A DNA stretch of 63,826 bases, the filler included, from Octopus bimaculoides (lineage: Eukaryota): the NCBI RefSeq assembly GCF_001194135.2. It is 6 parts of 6 records of this genome, joined end to end, with 100 filler letters (N's around TTAATTAATTAA, not from the genome) between each part and the next. Parts side by side here need not be neighbours in the genome. Positions count along the whole stretch, not along the records: positions 1 to 30,605 come from NC_068988.1; 5 more parts are not named here. One strand, 5' to 3'. A program made the translations under genes and the position numbers. Below, in pieces: positions 1 through 13,705 of the stretch (position 1 is its first letter; every line of letters starts with the position of its first letter). The notes under the pieces were generated by a model. That model saw nothing but the letters and a program-made list of their open reading frames with translations. It was not told the origin of the DNA and made no database searches.

Positions 1-393
1 GAAGGGTGTTGTTTTCCAACATGATAATGCAAGACCGCACGTTTCTTTGGAAACCAGACGAAAATTGCTGCAGCTCGGCTGGGATGTGTTACCCCCACCC
101 TCCATATTCACCAGATATTGCTCTTTCGGATTTCCACTTATTCAGGTCTCTGCAGAATAGTTTTAATGGTAAAAAATTCAACTCCTTGGATGACGTAAAA
201 AGATACCGTGATGAATTCTTTGCCATGAAACCAACTCAATTCTGGGAAGAAGCTATTTTCAAGTTAAAGGAAAGGTGGAGACGCATTGTGCAACAAAATG
301 GTTCATATTTGGTTGATTAAATGTAATGGCATGTATTTATTGACCTTTTTCTCTCCTTTAAAAATCGGCACGAACTTTCCGAACAACCCAATA
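1..393 (+). mobile_element. Mariner (Tc1/mariner DD34D) transposon, 3' part with right TIR; transposase frameshifted
   Basis: Frame 2 reads [31 protein letters not shown], then a +1 shift near 91-95 leads into [21 protein letters not shown]...WRRIVQQNGSYLVD* (stop 318-320). D-to-D spacing is 34 residues. The end AAAATCGGCACGAACTTTCCGAACAACCCAA|TA (361-393) is a typical mariner TIR plus TA target. Confidence 0.93.
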
Positions 394-576
394 TTTTAAA
401 AAACCGTTACTTGTGTATATGTATATACAAATTTGTTAATGCATTTGTTCGTGAGTGCGTTAAATGTATTGAAAAACAAAAGTATTCGTTAGTTAGCTTA
501 AACAGTACTTCGATTACTTTATTAGTTATGATAGATCGAAAAGTCAGCAAAGTATTTAATCACAGTTAAATAATGA

Positions 577-620
<44 letters not shown>

Positions 621-634
621 CATCATTATTATTA

Positions 635-774
635 AAGTTCAAATTCCGCTGAGGTCGAGTTTGCCTTTCATCCTTTCAGGGTCGATAAATTAAGTACCAG
701 TTGCGTACTGGGGTCGATCTAATCGACTTTCCCTCTCCCCCAAAATGTCGGGCCTTGTGCCTAGAGTAGAAAAA
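635..774 (+). mobile_element. SINE family A (tRNA-like head, GGTCGACTTTGCCTTTCATCC-type central domain), 5'-truncated
   Basis: GTTCAAATTCCGCTGAGGTCGAGTTTGCCTTTCATCCTTTCAGGGTCGATAAATTAAGTACCAG matches many other copies in the window; flanked on both sides by (ATT)n. Confidence 0.88.
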
Positions 775-811
775 TTATTATTATTATTATTATTATTATT
801 ATTGTTGTTGC

Positions 812-848
<37 letters not shown>

Positions 849-2264
849 ATTATTATTTATTTTTATTTATCATAGATACGTATATGTAATATGTTTTATG
901 TATTTGTGCATGCGTTTGTTAATGTGTTGAAAGTTACTAGACGATGGCGAATCAAATTTGCTTACTATTTACCAAAGTTGAATATTACGCCATCAATATA
1001 TGTGCACAATATTTTAATTAATAATAGTGAGAATACATACGATCATAACTGAGGAAAGCATTAATGTTAACAAATCAAAATTAATTAAAATTAAAACCAT
1101 TATTAAATTAATATGTAATCTCTTTAACTTAAAATTACCTGTTTCTTTATAAATCATAATCACAGATTCCTAAGATATGTATTTTAATTAACATCCTAGC
1201 AACTTCTTCATATAGTACAGTTACTCATAAATATAACCTTATATTTATATTTACCATTTATTTTATATTGTAATATTAATAAGATATTTACTAAGAATTA
1301 TATAATATTTTTAATTACAATTTTTAGCATATTAATCTTAAGATAACACCTAATTTATAGTCCCAGTCATCTTGACATTATATTTAATTTGATGGTAGTT
1401 TTTGAAACCATTTTTACAGGAGTGAACACATGATGACCCACCTTCTTTTTTGATGTTAAGGAATCTACGTCTAGAATTTAAGATTTGGAATAATTCTTCC
1501 ACAAAAAGAAAACAATAGGCATTTCCAGTTTTATAGGCACCGGCCCTGCTTATTATGTCCCACTCCACAATGAACATTCTATTTTTGTCATTTGAGTTCC
1601 AAATAACTTTACTAAGGCTTGTAGAAGACGACTTACTTTTATTATTAAAGGTGTTATTGTGATTAGCGATGCGTCATTTGATAAAGTTTTCCGTTGCACC
1701 GATGTAAAAGAAATTCTTACCTTCAGATTTCACTCTACACCGTTTTTCTTCTTTTTTTTTGCGTATAATAATTATTTCTAACTTTACAATCACAATATAT
1801 ATTTCCGTTCTATTCATATTACTATTTTGATTTATATCATTATATTCAGAATGAAATTTATGAGCTTTATCAGATGTACGAAGCAATAAACTGGTTTGCA
1901 AACTTTACATATCATTGTTATCTATTGGACGTTTATTTTTATTATTTCTCTCCTTATTCCTATTTCCACTAGGTCTTTTAAAATAATTACTACCGTTAGT
2001 AACTCCCATGTTATTAGAGCAACCGTGGTCCACATTTTGTGCGTAATACTTTAACTCCTAGTTATACCCAGCTTTGCTGAGTGCCATGTTATAACAATAT
2101 TCAATATTAGAATTTAATTTAATTTAATGTCTCAAATTGAATTAGTTGGGCATGGAAACGATTGTAGGTGCAATGGATTTGGTATTGTTCGGAATTGAAT
2201 ATGTTCTAATAAATTAATGTCTATATATCAATTTCTCCGTTTTCTCATACACACACACATATGT

Positions 2265-2311
<47 letters not shown>

Positions 2312-2835
2312 TAAGCATGCGCGTATGCCTACACGTAAATATAGTAGTACCTCTATGTACCTGTATACATAATTTTGCAAAGATAAGTACATACGATTGG
2401 AAAAGAATAATAGCAACAACCTGCTTACAAATATCGCAGAACATTGTAAATTGATCCATTGTTTGGCATGGATACACTTGACAATATGGCCACGGGGAGA
2501 GAAACATCCAAATAAGCATAAAAAACATCCAAATAAATAAATACATTATATTAAATGTGTTTAACAGGGAAAAAATTGATGTTGCTGGTAAGCTGGTTAA
2601 GAATAGAATAAAATTCTATTCAGATCGCGTCTGCATGCATACATTATTAGTAAATGGCTACATTTCTTATATAAATACAGAAGTTTTAGTTTTTATTTTT
2701 TTTATTACATTGGTATGTAAACAGTTTCAAAAGCTTCTAATCTTTAGAAAATATCTCTCAGAATATTTTCAGGAATACAATATGTGTCGCACTAATTCAG
2801 TTTTGTTGCGTATCTGAATTGATATATCGATTTTT

Positions 2836-2905
<70 letters not shown>

Positions 2906-5399
2906 GCCCTGTCTTATACATGCTCTTTCTCTTTCTTTAGCTCTCTCTCCTTTTTGCTCTTTCTCTCTCCCTCTCAACCCGCTCTCTTTTCTTTTTTGTA
3001 ATGGTATACACGGTGAAATACTTTTTTAGACGGGAAAGTGGAGATTAAATAAACAGAAAATGGAAGGTATTTTGTGCTTATTTTTATTAACCCCAAATAA
3101 AGAGATAAAAAATAAACTTAACCTTGTCTTGATACGAACGTTGAACGTTAAATAAGTAGCACATTTTGGTTTTCTAGCTTAAATTTTGAGATATTATATA
3201 ACCTTTCAGGTATGACCGTCGTATAAGTAGAATGCTTTGCAACACTTATTCTAATATCTGCATTTGGATAACTTGTTTCAACTGCGTGTATTCTGTTCCA
3301 AGGATTTTATAGTCGATTATTTGCAGTATCCGAAGATGATCGCCAATTTAGGCTATGGATTAGTTGTTGATAAATTACCTGCTGAACTTCAAACTGATTG
3401 ATTGCTGTAAAGCCTGGGGGATGTAGACTTTAAAAGTCAAGAAAAGAGTGTAATAAAAGGCCAACTTGACAATAAACTGATTCAAACAGTAAATACTTAG
3501 AAATTACCTCCCATGGAGACCAGTAACTTTTCATCCTTCCAAAATAGAAAAGCATAACGTACCAGTCAAATACTAAGCTCTATTTAATCGATTGTGAACT
3601 TTTGCAACTAAAGCGGGAAACAAGCAGAATCGACAAAACGTTGGACAGAATAACTTGCAGTAATTAGTTGCTTTTATTCTTGACGTTCGCAATACATGTC
3701 AAGCCGGATTGGGCTTTATCTTCATAACAGTCAATTTGTGGTTAATTTCCCCTATTGTTAACCTTCTAAGCACAGTAACTTATATATTTTTTTAATTTAT
3801 ACACTAGCTCACTCGATTCCAATTTTCGACACAGCATTATAGACTAATTAATCGATTCTGGAGTCAAGAATTACAAGTTTAGATTAACCTTATTTTTAGT
3901 ATAAATAATAGTCTTTGCTTTTTTTTTGTGTGTATTTCTTCCGATTCAAGATAACGCAAAGCGGCGACATATCCTGGAACGTTTCGTTGAATCTATCATG
4001 GGCGCACTCATTGTTTACATGAAGGCAAGGAAACTTTAAATGATGAAACACTCATTTCAAAAGTAGAGCATATAGTACTATTTACACGAGAAATATTAAT
4101 GCCAGTTACACACACACACACATACACACACACACACACAGACACACACACACACACACACACATGTATGTTTATGTATACATGCGTCTGCGTACGCGCG
4201 CGCGTGCACGTGTGCAAATATAATATATTTATCCATATATATATATAAGACATAAGAATCGGATTAAAAGAATCCAGCGGAACCCACTGTATGCACTCCA
4301 GCTGAGGACCCGGCTGTCTCGTCAAAAGATAATTAAATTCGAATGTAATTTAACGTAACCAAGCAACAGGAAATCCGGTATATATAAACTGTAATATTTA
4401 CATTGTAGAATAATATAATAATCATATAAAGCAAGGAGGAGTAAGAGGCAAAATATTTTCATATTTTTGTGAAGGTTTCAGCTATTTCATAATTTACTCA
4501 GAATTACATTATCAATCTCAATGCAGATAAATCTAATAATAGTAGTATTTGTAGCAGAGTCTATTGTATCTGTAAATTATGTATCAGCCGTAAGTATTTC
4601 ACCTCCTCTAATGAGTTATGTAAACACCCCGGTAACTTTGACGAATGTTGATTTGTTCTCTTTCAATTTCGTTTATAATTTATTATTATAATCAACTACT
4701 TCGCGCGAATCTCCAGTTGATATCCACAGTTGTTTTGACTTGTTTTATAAATTACTGTCTGAGCTACTAATTTCTCCAATCTCATCCACTCTATATCATA
4801 TATAAATGAATGCTCTTTGTTCTAACACATCTAGAGGCCTTCAGACTTTACTCCAAATGCAGTCCGAAGACTAAACTTCTCGTTATTGTACATCATCCTA
4901 TGAGTGTATGAATGCCGCGTGTATATATATATATATATATATATATACAAATATATACAGATAAAATATATGTGTGTGTGTTGTATATATTATCTATAAA
5001 ATATATATCTTATGCATTCTATTATATATATATATATATATNNNNNNNNNNNNNNNNNNNNNNNNNNNNNNNNNNNNNNNNNNNNNNNNNNNNNNNNNNN
5101 NNNNNNNNNNNNNNNNNNNNNNNNNNNNNNNNNNNNNNNNNNNNNNNNNNNNNNNNNNNNNNNNNNNNNNNNNNNNNNNNNNNNNNNNNNNNNNNNNNNN
5201 NNNNNNNNNNNNNNTATATATATACTTGTTCATTATATTGTATATGTCCTTTATTCTTATGTAATGCATATGTCTGTACATATTGTGTTGGATACAGGTG
5301 TACTATATGCGTGTTTTTGCGCGCGTGTGTATGTGTGCGCGTGTGTGTATTATATAATTTACACATACAATTAACATATCATTTTCTTTAATTTTTTTT

Positions 5400-5712
5400 A
5401 TTGCGGTCATGCTAGAGCACCACCCTGAAGGGTTTAGTTGAACAAATCGCCCCCAGTAATTTTTTAAAGCCTATTCTTACTTATTCTATCGGTACATCTT
5501 TTGCCGAAGCACTAAGCTACAGAGACGTAAACAAACTAACACCGGTTTTAAAGCGGTGGACGCACACACACATACACATACACACATGACGACCTTCTTT
5601 CATTCTTTCAGTTTCCGTCTGCCAAATTCACTCACAAAGCTTTGGTCGGCCCTCAGACTATAGGAGAAGACACTTGCCCAAGGTGCTTCGCGAAGGGACT
5701 GAACCCGGAACC
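5400..5712 (-). mobile_element. SINE family B (tRNA-derived CORE-type SINE, OR2-like), diverged
   Basis: Reverse complement contains GGTTCCGGGTTCAGTCCC (B box) and CCTTGGGCAAGTGTCTTCT (CORE-like), an internal (CA)n and the same tail as the copy at 21863. Confidence 0.85.
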
Positions 5713-7397
5713 TGATGAGTAATGATGCAACATTCCATGTACATGTTACCAAGATAGTAACATTGTGCAGGCAAGTGGCAGGATGGAAAACAAGTACCAT
5801 ATTACTCCCATGGAGAACTGTCGTTCTCAGTCGTCTGAATCACTTCTCCAAACGATGACCACCGCAGAGCGTCAAACTAACTGCGAAACTGTAAGAAGTC
5901 ATGTCATTTGAATTGCAAGTGCAGTCAATATGTTGGGTCTCTATATGTTTTCTGTCTATCCAGTTTCACTCACATGACTTGATTTTTCCCAAGTGTATGC
6001 AAAAAGATACCTGTGCAAACTTCTTAATCTCTCACTCGGCTATTCTTTACTGATAACAGCTTCGATTCCAATACTAAAACTTATAGGTAGTGTTATACAA
6101 CCCAGCCACATTTCAGATGTTGTTTGGAAGGAGTTAGTTATCAAGTTGATGCCCATTTCTGAGAAGGGACATTGTACTTGTTTACCATTGCTTCTGTTAT
6201 TGATTACATAGTTGTAAAGACGAAACTATTTCAACAGTCATTACTTTTAAAGTGACAAAGCTGCATTCTGTCAACATTTTTCTACGCACTGTACTGTTAA
6301 GATTATTTGTCACACTTTTATGGGAAAGTTTGCTGCGATAGACTAGCATTCTATTTCTCATTATGCATCGATATCAAAATGAAAATACGATTGGGATCCT
6401 AAAATTAGTTTCACAGATAATTGGAAGTTCATGAAATTCTAAAAGATGAAGCATGTCAGTAACTGGGGTTAGCATCAACCACGAAATAGCAAATAAATAG
6501 CAGTCTTTCTGAAAATAGCATGTGCATTAAGCAATGACTCGTTTGAGTTATAACGTTGTGATCTCATTCAAATGAGAACTTCTCTCTTTATCTACTCTGG
6601 AGATAAGAGCGAATAGAGAAATGCATTTTCCAAAAGTACGTGTTTTCAACAACAGTAACTCATATTGCTTGAGGTAATACAACTTACTCATTTTAATAAA
6701 GCCGTAAAATCTGATACATTTTTTTTTTTTTGATTATGACTAGAACAAGGGTTTATGCTTAAAGCAGAATTGTTAGAAAATAATTTTTGAATCTTCGTGA
6801 TTCTAGAGGGAAAAATATTCTTTTGGCTCGTTATCTTATAATTGCTGGTGCAGACACAAAAATATCTAATAATTGGCTTAATTTTCAAATCATTATACTG
6901 CTTGATTGGATTTCTTGTGATTATTAAAGCAAAGTTCGAGGAGAGATTGTCGTTACAAATAAGTCTATTGGAAATATATTTAACACATATTTCTAAAATT
7001 TAATGTTAGTTTCTCTTAGATTAAAAACCTGTTATTATTTTCTACTTCACTACCTAATGTGACTTATTTGTCCAGTAGATCGATGCGGGATTCGTTGAAA
7101 ACTTCAATTTTTTTAAAGTTAAATTAGACATAATTAAATAAATTACTTTCGCTTTTAGACTAATCAATTATCTGTTTATAGTATGCTTTGTAGCTGAAGC
7201 TGTATTTTGTTTTCGGATTTTCCCCTTAGCATACATTCCAATTTATAGCTTCTTATGCAGATATTTCCTCTCTACGAACAAATGCCTCATTAACTATAAA
7301 TTTCAATACCGAACCAGGATTGTTATTTTAAAGTAAGTTGATTTACCTAATATGCAGTAAAAGTTTTCGAGGATTATGGTATATTATTAAGGAAACT

Positions 7398-7665
7398 AAA
7401 TAGTATACTAAGTAGCAAAGAGATAGTATACCAAATATGTAGGAGATAGTATACCAGATAATATGCTGGGTAATATCCTAGATTCTATGCTATATCATAT
7501 TCAGATAGTATACTAGGAAGTATAGAAGGTAGTATACAAGACGGTATTCTATATACTATGTGAATCAGTACGCTAGATAATATACCAGTTAGTATATTAG
7601 AAATTATACTGTATGGTACACAAGACAGTAAACTAGATAAAATCCCAGATGTTATCCTAAATAGC
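7398..7665. repeat. Degenerate minisatellite, ~11-12 bp unit (AGATAGTATACC/T)
   Basis: About 20 decayed units: agatagtatacc, agatagtatact, aggtagtataca, agataatatacc, agacagtaaact and similar. Confidence 0.75.
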
Positions 7666-7674
7666 GTGTTTTTG

Positions 7675-7810
7675 TTGTTTAGCTCAGATCAACTCAGAAT
7701 CCGTTCCGCAAACCTATGATTAAATGCATTCTAGCCTTATTTTTAATAATGTCATGTGTCCTTCCCCTTTTCATTTGACAGTTTGTAATTTGAGGGAGAC
7801 TTGTAGTAAG
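7675..7810 (+). mobile_element. SINE-like family F fragment (TTGTTTAGCC...ATTTGAGGGAGATTTGGCTGCTATTTCTAGC type)
   Basis: ttgtttagctcagatcaactc...aatttgagggagac. Related decayed pieces occur at ~9010-9060, 12990-13040 (-), 15755-15800 (-), 16410-16510 and 28975-29140. Confidence 0.55.
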
Positions 7811-8699
7811 TCATGCAACAATGCGACATAGAATCTCTCATTGAATCGCGATAAAATTTTATTTTGATACTCTACGTTCTGACTCAAGTTCTTCTCAAGG
7901 TGTCTCTATGTGTCTTAATGGGATGGGATCAACTACGTTACAAATGGATGTCCCAACAAATCAGTGCTTTTCTTATTGAAAGTAACAGTCTAGTACATGA
8001 TATAGACTATCATCCCAACGAGATCGAGGTCCGTTTCTGATTCACATTGAAAAAAATATTTTAAATTATTTACTTTAACAATACCTTTTATAAGGCAATT
8101 AAGTCTCATATTCCAATATATACAGTTTTTTGGAATACATCACCATTTTAGATCAGAGTAGAAATTAGTGCTGGAAGCCGTATTATTTACTCATATAAAG
8201 TAAGGCCTTGTATATTGTATTTAACCACACTAATTTTAGTTTTTATCTTCCAAAAATATTTATTAATGATACATCTCTCATAGTGGAGATAATTAAAGAA
8301 TTGTCATAATTAGCATACTTATAGAGGCATGGAAAATGGATGAAAAAGTACAGTGACTAAAGAAATGTATTACAAGAGTTTGTTTGGAACTTATGGATTC
8401 TGTGTTTAAAAATTGTCGATGAATATTTTGGCCTCTAAAGCATCTGTATCAATTTTGATTTCTTACTAAGACGCTGGATCGCATACTTGTACAAGGTTGT
8501 GTTAATTTTAAATTCAACGTTATAAATGACAGAAGGAAATTCAATTGTTTGGAGCATGGAATGGAAAACAACAGTGCAGATTCGATTCGTTTTACGTCGC
8601 AGCTCCGAAAACAGTTACAATTTTGGTTTCTTTTCTTTAACAAGGTGTCACAGAGTAACACGAGAGAAGTATAGCAATTGTAATTGATCAACTACAGAA

Positions 8700-8800
8700 G
8701 TGGCGAATTTGTTTTCGATCTCGATGTTGAGGGAGTCAAAGTCGACCACGAAGTTTTAATCTCAGAATACAGAGGCAAGAAACTATACTATACACAAGCC
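8700..8800 (-). mobile_element. Highly diverged SINE family A copy
   Basis: caaagtcgaccacgaagttttaatctcagaatac aligns to the antisense of family A (caaagtcgacctcggcggaatttgaactcagaacg). Confidence 0.6.
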
Positions 8801-10599
8801 GACGAGATCGGCTTGCACGGAATTGCAATAAAATTCTCCCTACCCAACCATCTTAGAAACGACAAGAACTTATATGTGGTAGTTATTTCGTTCAAAATAG
8901 CTGCCGAATGTCTTGTCAAATTATGCCCAATCTTCCTTAAATAATCTATTCCTTGAATCTAGGTATCAACATTTATTCCAACTGGGGCTATCCTTCTTCT
9001 TAAAGTGGTAGTTTAGCTCTAGCTCGAATACCTTTGATCGCAGATATGTTCGATGAGGATTCATATCTGGGGTTATGCAGCAACCAAAGCAAAAAGGGAA
9101 GGAAAACTTTATAATATGCTCTTAGATACATTAGGTGGAAGAAAAGTCACATGAGATAATATAAAACGTGGGTTAGCATGTCTGAAATAACTATAGTTCT
9201 ACTCGGTCATGGATCACCCGGGACTAAGCAAGAAAGAAAAAAATTATGACACACAACCCGGTATTTTATTCAGTTTCAAGCAATCTACTACCTGAGAAGC
9301 AGCTCCTAAAATGCTGGTTTATAAATAGAGTAACGCCAGAATGTTTATGAGTGGGTTAGTCAGTCAAATTAAATGTTACTTACATTACTGAAAAGAGCCA
9401 CTACATACATATCAAATCGTTTCTTCCGACCACCAAGAAAGAGACAAAAGAATAAATAGTGGCAATACTAATTATTGTTATACGTGGTTTTTTCTCTGTC
9501 ATAAGCGTCATCTTGCATGGAGGTAGTACTTTTCTAAACCTCATTCTTATTTTTGCTAGCACCATCACAAATATAAATACGGCACTTACGATTGCCATGA
9601 AAACTATTTCCAGTTTGGTTACGGGAAATCGTGTATGTTCTTTTTGACATCGCATGCAAACAAATCATATGTGGTCATATTGATCGTGTATCAGGTCTTT
9701 TTAAAGAAAACACATGAGGAAATATATATTTATCTTTCCTATGAGAAAATTTCTCAGGTGGAAATTCCTCTTATCCGTGTGTGTGTGTGGTGTGGGGTGG
9801 TGTGTGTGTGCGTGTGTTTATCTATGTATCTATGTAGACACACACACACACACACACAATAGACAAATACGAGCATACGGAACAGCATACAATATAAATT
9901 CTTGATATACTAAAATTACCTCCGCCTCTAGATGGTGTATAACAATTACCAAATGATAACTGAAAACAGCTTCCGCATGATAAGGGGAAATAATCCCAAG
10001 AATCAAGCATACCCCAAAGCTGACATGTCATTAAGGAAATAGACAGGCTTATTGCTTGGAGAAAAGAGCATGCACTTGTTTTTCGCATTCTGAGAAGCTT
10101 TCCGACCAAATTCTATTTTCGTATGGTTATGTGGCTATATGTGTGTGTGTGTGTGTGTGTGTCTGTGTACATATTTAAACATACGTACACACGCGCGCGC
10201 ATATACATATATGCATATATATATATATATGCATATATGACATTCACACACACTCACGCACACATTCACACATATCGTACTACAAATTTCAAACCCCTGT
10301 GGTGCGTTTTAAATATCACACGAAAACTGTAGGATTGAATGAGTTAAGACAATACCCTTTTCGTATTTCATTGTAGCTGTTTTAGTGTCATCATCATCAT
10401 TTTCATCATTATAATTATCATCATCATCATCATCATCATCATCATTATAATTATCATCATCAATACCATCATTGTTGTCCTTTTCTTCCACGACAACCGC
10501 CACCTCGTGAAATACATAGTATAGTCGTTCGGGAACAGATCTGGCTTCAGCAGGCACTGGTCAGTTTGTATGAGTGGAAAGCATTCGGTTGGTAGAACG

Positions 10600-11300
10600 T
10601 CGCTATCTGGAGCCTACGGTTCGATCCCGTCTGTGGCTGAATCACCACTATGTACAGCGGTATCTCTTCTATGTTCAAATTAAGCGGTCACCACGTGCAA
10701 CTGTTTTGCGTCGAACGCTTTGGCCGTCAACGACATGGTTCCCTAAGTTTCAGCTCCTAAGCCTTTGTTCAGGATGTAAATTTTGAGGACTTTCCCACTT
10801 GAACTGGAACACAGGAAAGCCGTGTCATCAACATACGCTGGTGATATAACTATCATGTAGTCAGACATTGTAGATATAATAGCCATCGACACTAAACTAA
10901 ACAATACTAATTATGTCGGTGAGTTTACAACTAGTCTACTTGGAGGGAAAAGTCTATGCAGGGTACCAGTGATTCCTATCGTTGAACCTAGGCCGAATAG
11001 AGTTCACACAGATCGGTTCAGACTAGGTTTCCAAGTGGAAAGAAACTAGGAAGAGGTCGTGATCTAACTGGTCAATCTCGGCTTGTAGGGTGCAGCTACT
11101 GTAACGTTTAGTTTGAATCTGACAATAGGAAAGATCGTAGTGCCATCTTTCTTCAGTAAGGAAGCAAAGCAAATTTTTCTCCACTTGGTGACTGTGGTGT
11201 AAGAGATTATGTGATGGACTCATCTGAAAGGTTTGAGGATGGTAATTTCCCTGTCTAGTCAAACCTTCATTTATTTTTGGAATGATCACTTGAAGAGAAA
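10600..11300 (+). mobile_element. Decayed Tx1/L1-clade LINE reverse transcriptase fragment
   Basis: MYSGISSMFKLSGHHVQLFCVERFGRQ (from 10650) resembles the L1/Tx1 RT segment preceding RQGCPLS. TYAGDITI at 10831-10854 is the YADD box. GFQVERN*EEV resembles Tx1 'DLQ.EKNW.EV'. Multiple stops and shifts. Confidence 0.75.
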
Positions 11301-11938
11301 GGTGAGAGTATTGTTGATTTTCTTTTAATCTATGCAAACCCTACTTTTTGTATGATGCATATCGTCGCTTTATATTATCCTTAATATGTGAGTCTTTGTG
11401 GCTAATGAAAGAAATTTTCATAATCATCATCATTTTTGTTATATTTACTGAAATCATGCTGTCTTGTCTACAAATGACATTGCAAAGTATATTGCTTTCC
11501 ACCAACAGACATTTATTTTAAAAAGACTTAATAATACTAGTTTACTGCTTTGTATGTAAGAGTGTTTTAACGTATTTAATCTATTGAATAGGTAGCCTAG
11601 ATACAAATATGCAGTTGTAAATTGTAAAGGATATTATACAAAATTATTCTCATTTTTCAGTAAATACGAGTGTCACCTTACGTCATGCTTTGGCCTACTT
11701 CTACCTCGTCCAGCCAAACTTACATTCTACCCATCTTTCATAGAATAATGATGAATGGGTCATGGAATACATATACAAAATCGTTCTTTAGGATACACCA
11801 TCCATTTGAAGCCAATATATATATATACATTTTCACTCCTTTACTTTTAATATTTAAGTTAGTGTTACTTAATTAAATGCGAGGAGCATTAAAAATTAAC
11901 AAATATAATTTCAATTACTTAATGATGAGAAATAAATC

Positions 11939-12108
11939 TTATTAGACAATGAATAATACTATTCAATTATTTCAGCAACTTCGAGATATGATCCTGGACC
12001 TGTTTCCGTATTTATAAATGCATCAGCAAAGTACAAAGATGAAAGGACGTCTCTCGAAGTTGCTGAAATGATTAATATTTGATTAGTCATTAGCTAATAA
12101 CGTTTCCT
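11939..12108. mobile_element. Foldback/MITE-like element core
   Basis: Perfect 18-bp inverted repeat ATTTCAGCAACTTCGAGA (11969-11986) / TCTCGAAGTTGCTGAAAT (12052-12069), extending imperfectly outward. Confidence 0.7.
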
Positions 12109-12271
12109 CACCACATAAGTATTAAATACCTCATGTATTAAATACATTAACACAAGATTAATCTTTGTCTTTGATGCGGCGCGTCTCTGAGTTATACTCG
12201 CACGGGCACACATACGCGCGCGCATAGACATACGCACACACGCACACACGCACACACGCACACACGCACAC

Positions 12272-12335
<64 letters not shown>

Positions 12336-12494
12336 TCCTTGTCTGAAATCAGGTTTTGTAAGTTCATTACCTTGATATCAAGCCATTACCAACAATTATG
12401 TTAATGGGAAATAAACGCTAGCATCGCAAAAATGAAAGGTTAAGTCACAAATATCTGATAGATTGATTTATAACCTTCGCAAAATTTGTTTGGC

Positions 12495-12710
12495 AAGGCG
12501 GCGAACTGACAGAAACGCTAGCACGCCGGGCGAAATGCTTAGCGGTATTTCGTTTGTCTTTACGTTCTGAGTTCAAATTTTACCAAGGTCGACTTTGCCT
12601 TCCATCTTTTCGGGGTTGATAAATTAAGTACCAGTAGCGTACTGGGGCCGATCTAATCGACTGCCCCCCCCCCTTCCCCCAAAATTTCGAGCCTTGGGTA
12701 GAAAAGAATA
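12495..12710 (+). mobile_element. SINE family A, near full length
   Basis: AAGGCGGCGAACTGACAGAAACGCTAGCACG head, GAGTTCAAATT B box, central domain and GTAGAAAAGAAT tail. Confidence 0.9.
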
Positions 12711-13312
12711 TTTAAAATGTAATGCACAGATTCTTTTTTTCGTATCCCGCTTTTCTATGTTTAAAAATGTTATTTTTCTGCAATAATGAGAAATAATTTT
12801 TTTCTTTTAGTAAAGCCACAGTTGTGGTAATAGTGGGAAATACAAACATTGTATAATTATGATAGCTGTATTCTTTCATGAGAGGACGCGGAAGAACAAA
12901 GCGAAGTTATTTCAAATTCAAATAATAATTGAAATATTGATTATAAAATTCATATAAGCAACTCCAACACTAAGCATTGTATAGCATATAAGGGAGGTCG
13001 TTCGACTTTCAAGAAATATTACCTACATCTTTCCAAATGAAATGCTGTTTGTTTTCTTTTAATAAAGGAACGCTATATTAGATACTGTTGCTAATGAAAA
13101 ACTGGAATATTACTATTCGAACGACTTTCACATCCTAATTTCAGACATGCTTTTTTATCACTGGACGTAAAAGCTGCCTCCAAAGACTTCACAAACCATC
13201 CAAGGTTGCTGAGATTAACATGATTACTGTTTTTCTTAAACTGTAAGATAACAACTGCAAAGTTAAAACAGGCGACGAAATTTCCAAAGGGGAGACGTTG
13301 GGATTGGTGAGT

Positions 13313-13343
<31 letters not shown>

Positions 13344-13657
13344 CATGGGGAACAGATTGGGTCGGAGTTCATCCACTTTTGAAGAGGATTGAGTTATTAT
13401 AGAGACCATGGAAGATGGGGAGTGAAAGAGAAGCATGTCTGTCGACAAAAGGTCGGAGCTTTGGAGCGGCATCATACCATGAGCTTGAGTGGCCTTTCTT
13501 TAGATGCAGTCTACGATGTCTGTATGTGCAGGAGCAGTTACTGGTGGAATTTTAACTGAGAACAAGAAGCTACCTAAGAAAATATTGTAAACCATTTTAT
13601 TCAATACCGACTGATTCTATTGTCATGCTTCTAATTAATATAGCATCATAAAGAAGT

Positions 13658-13705
<48 letters not shown>

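Noticed and set aside
1350-1901. Two 75-aa minus-strand ORFs with a GTAAGA donor near 1721
   Set aside because: No recognisable domain or consistent exon structure; compatible with chance in AT-rich DNA.
8684-8944. 86-aa ORF that looks like a globular protein (SGEFVFDLDVEGVKVDHEV...)
   Set aside because: Its core overlaps a decayed antisense SINE A copy; no ATG and in-frame stops immediately upstream.
10309-10557. Asp-rich ORF (DDDDDDNYND)
   Set aside because: Translation of a (CAT)n microsatellite.
11023-11337. 104-aa minus-strand ORF
   Set aside because: Antisense shadow of the Tx1-like RT fragment.
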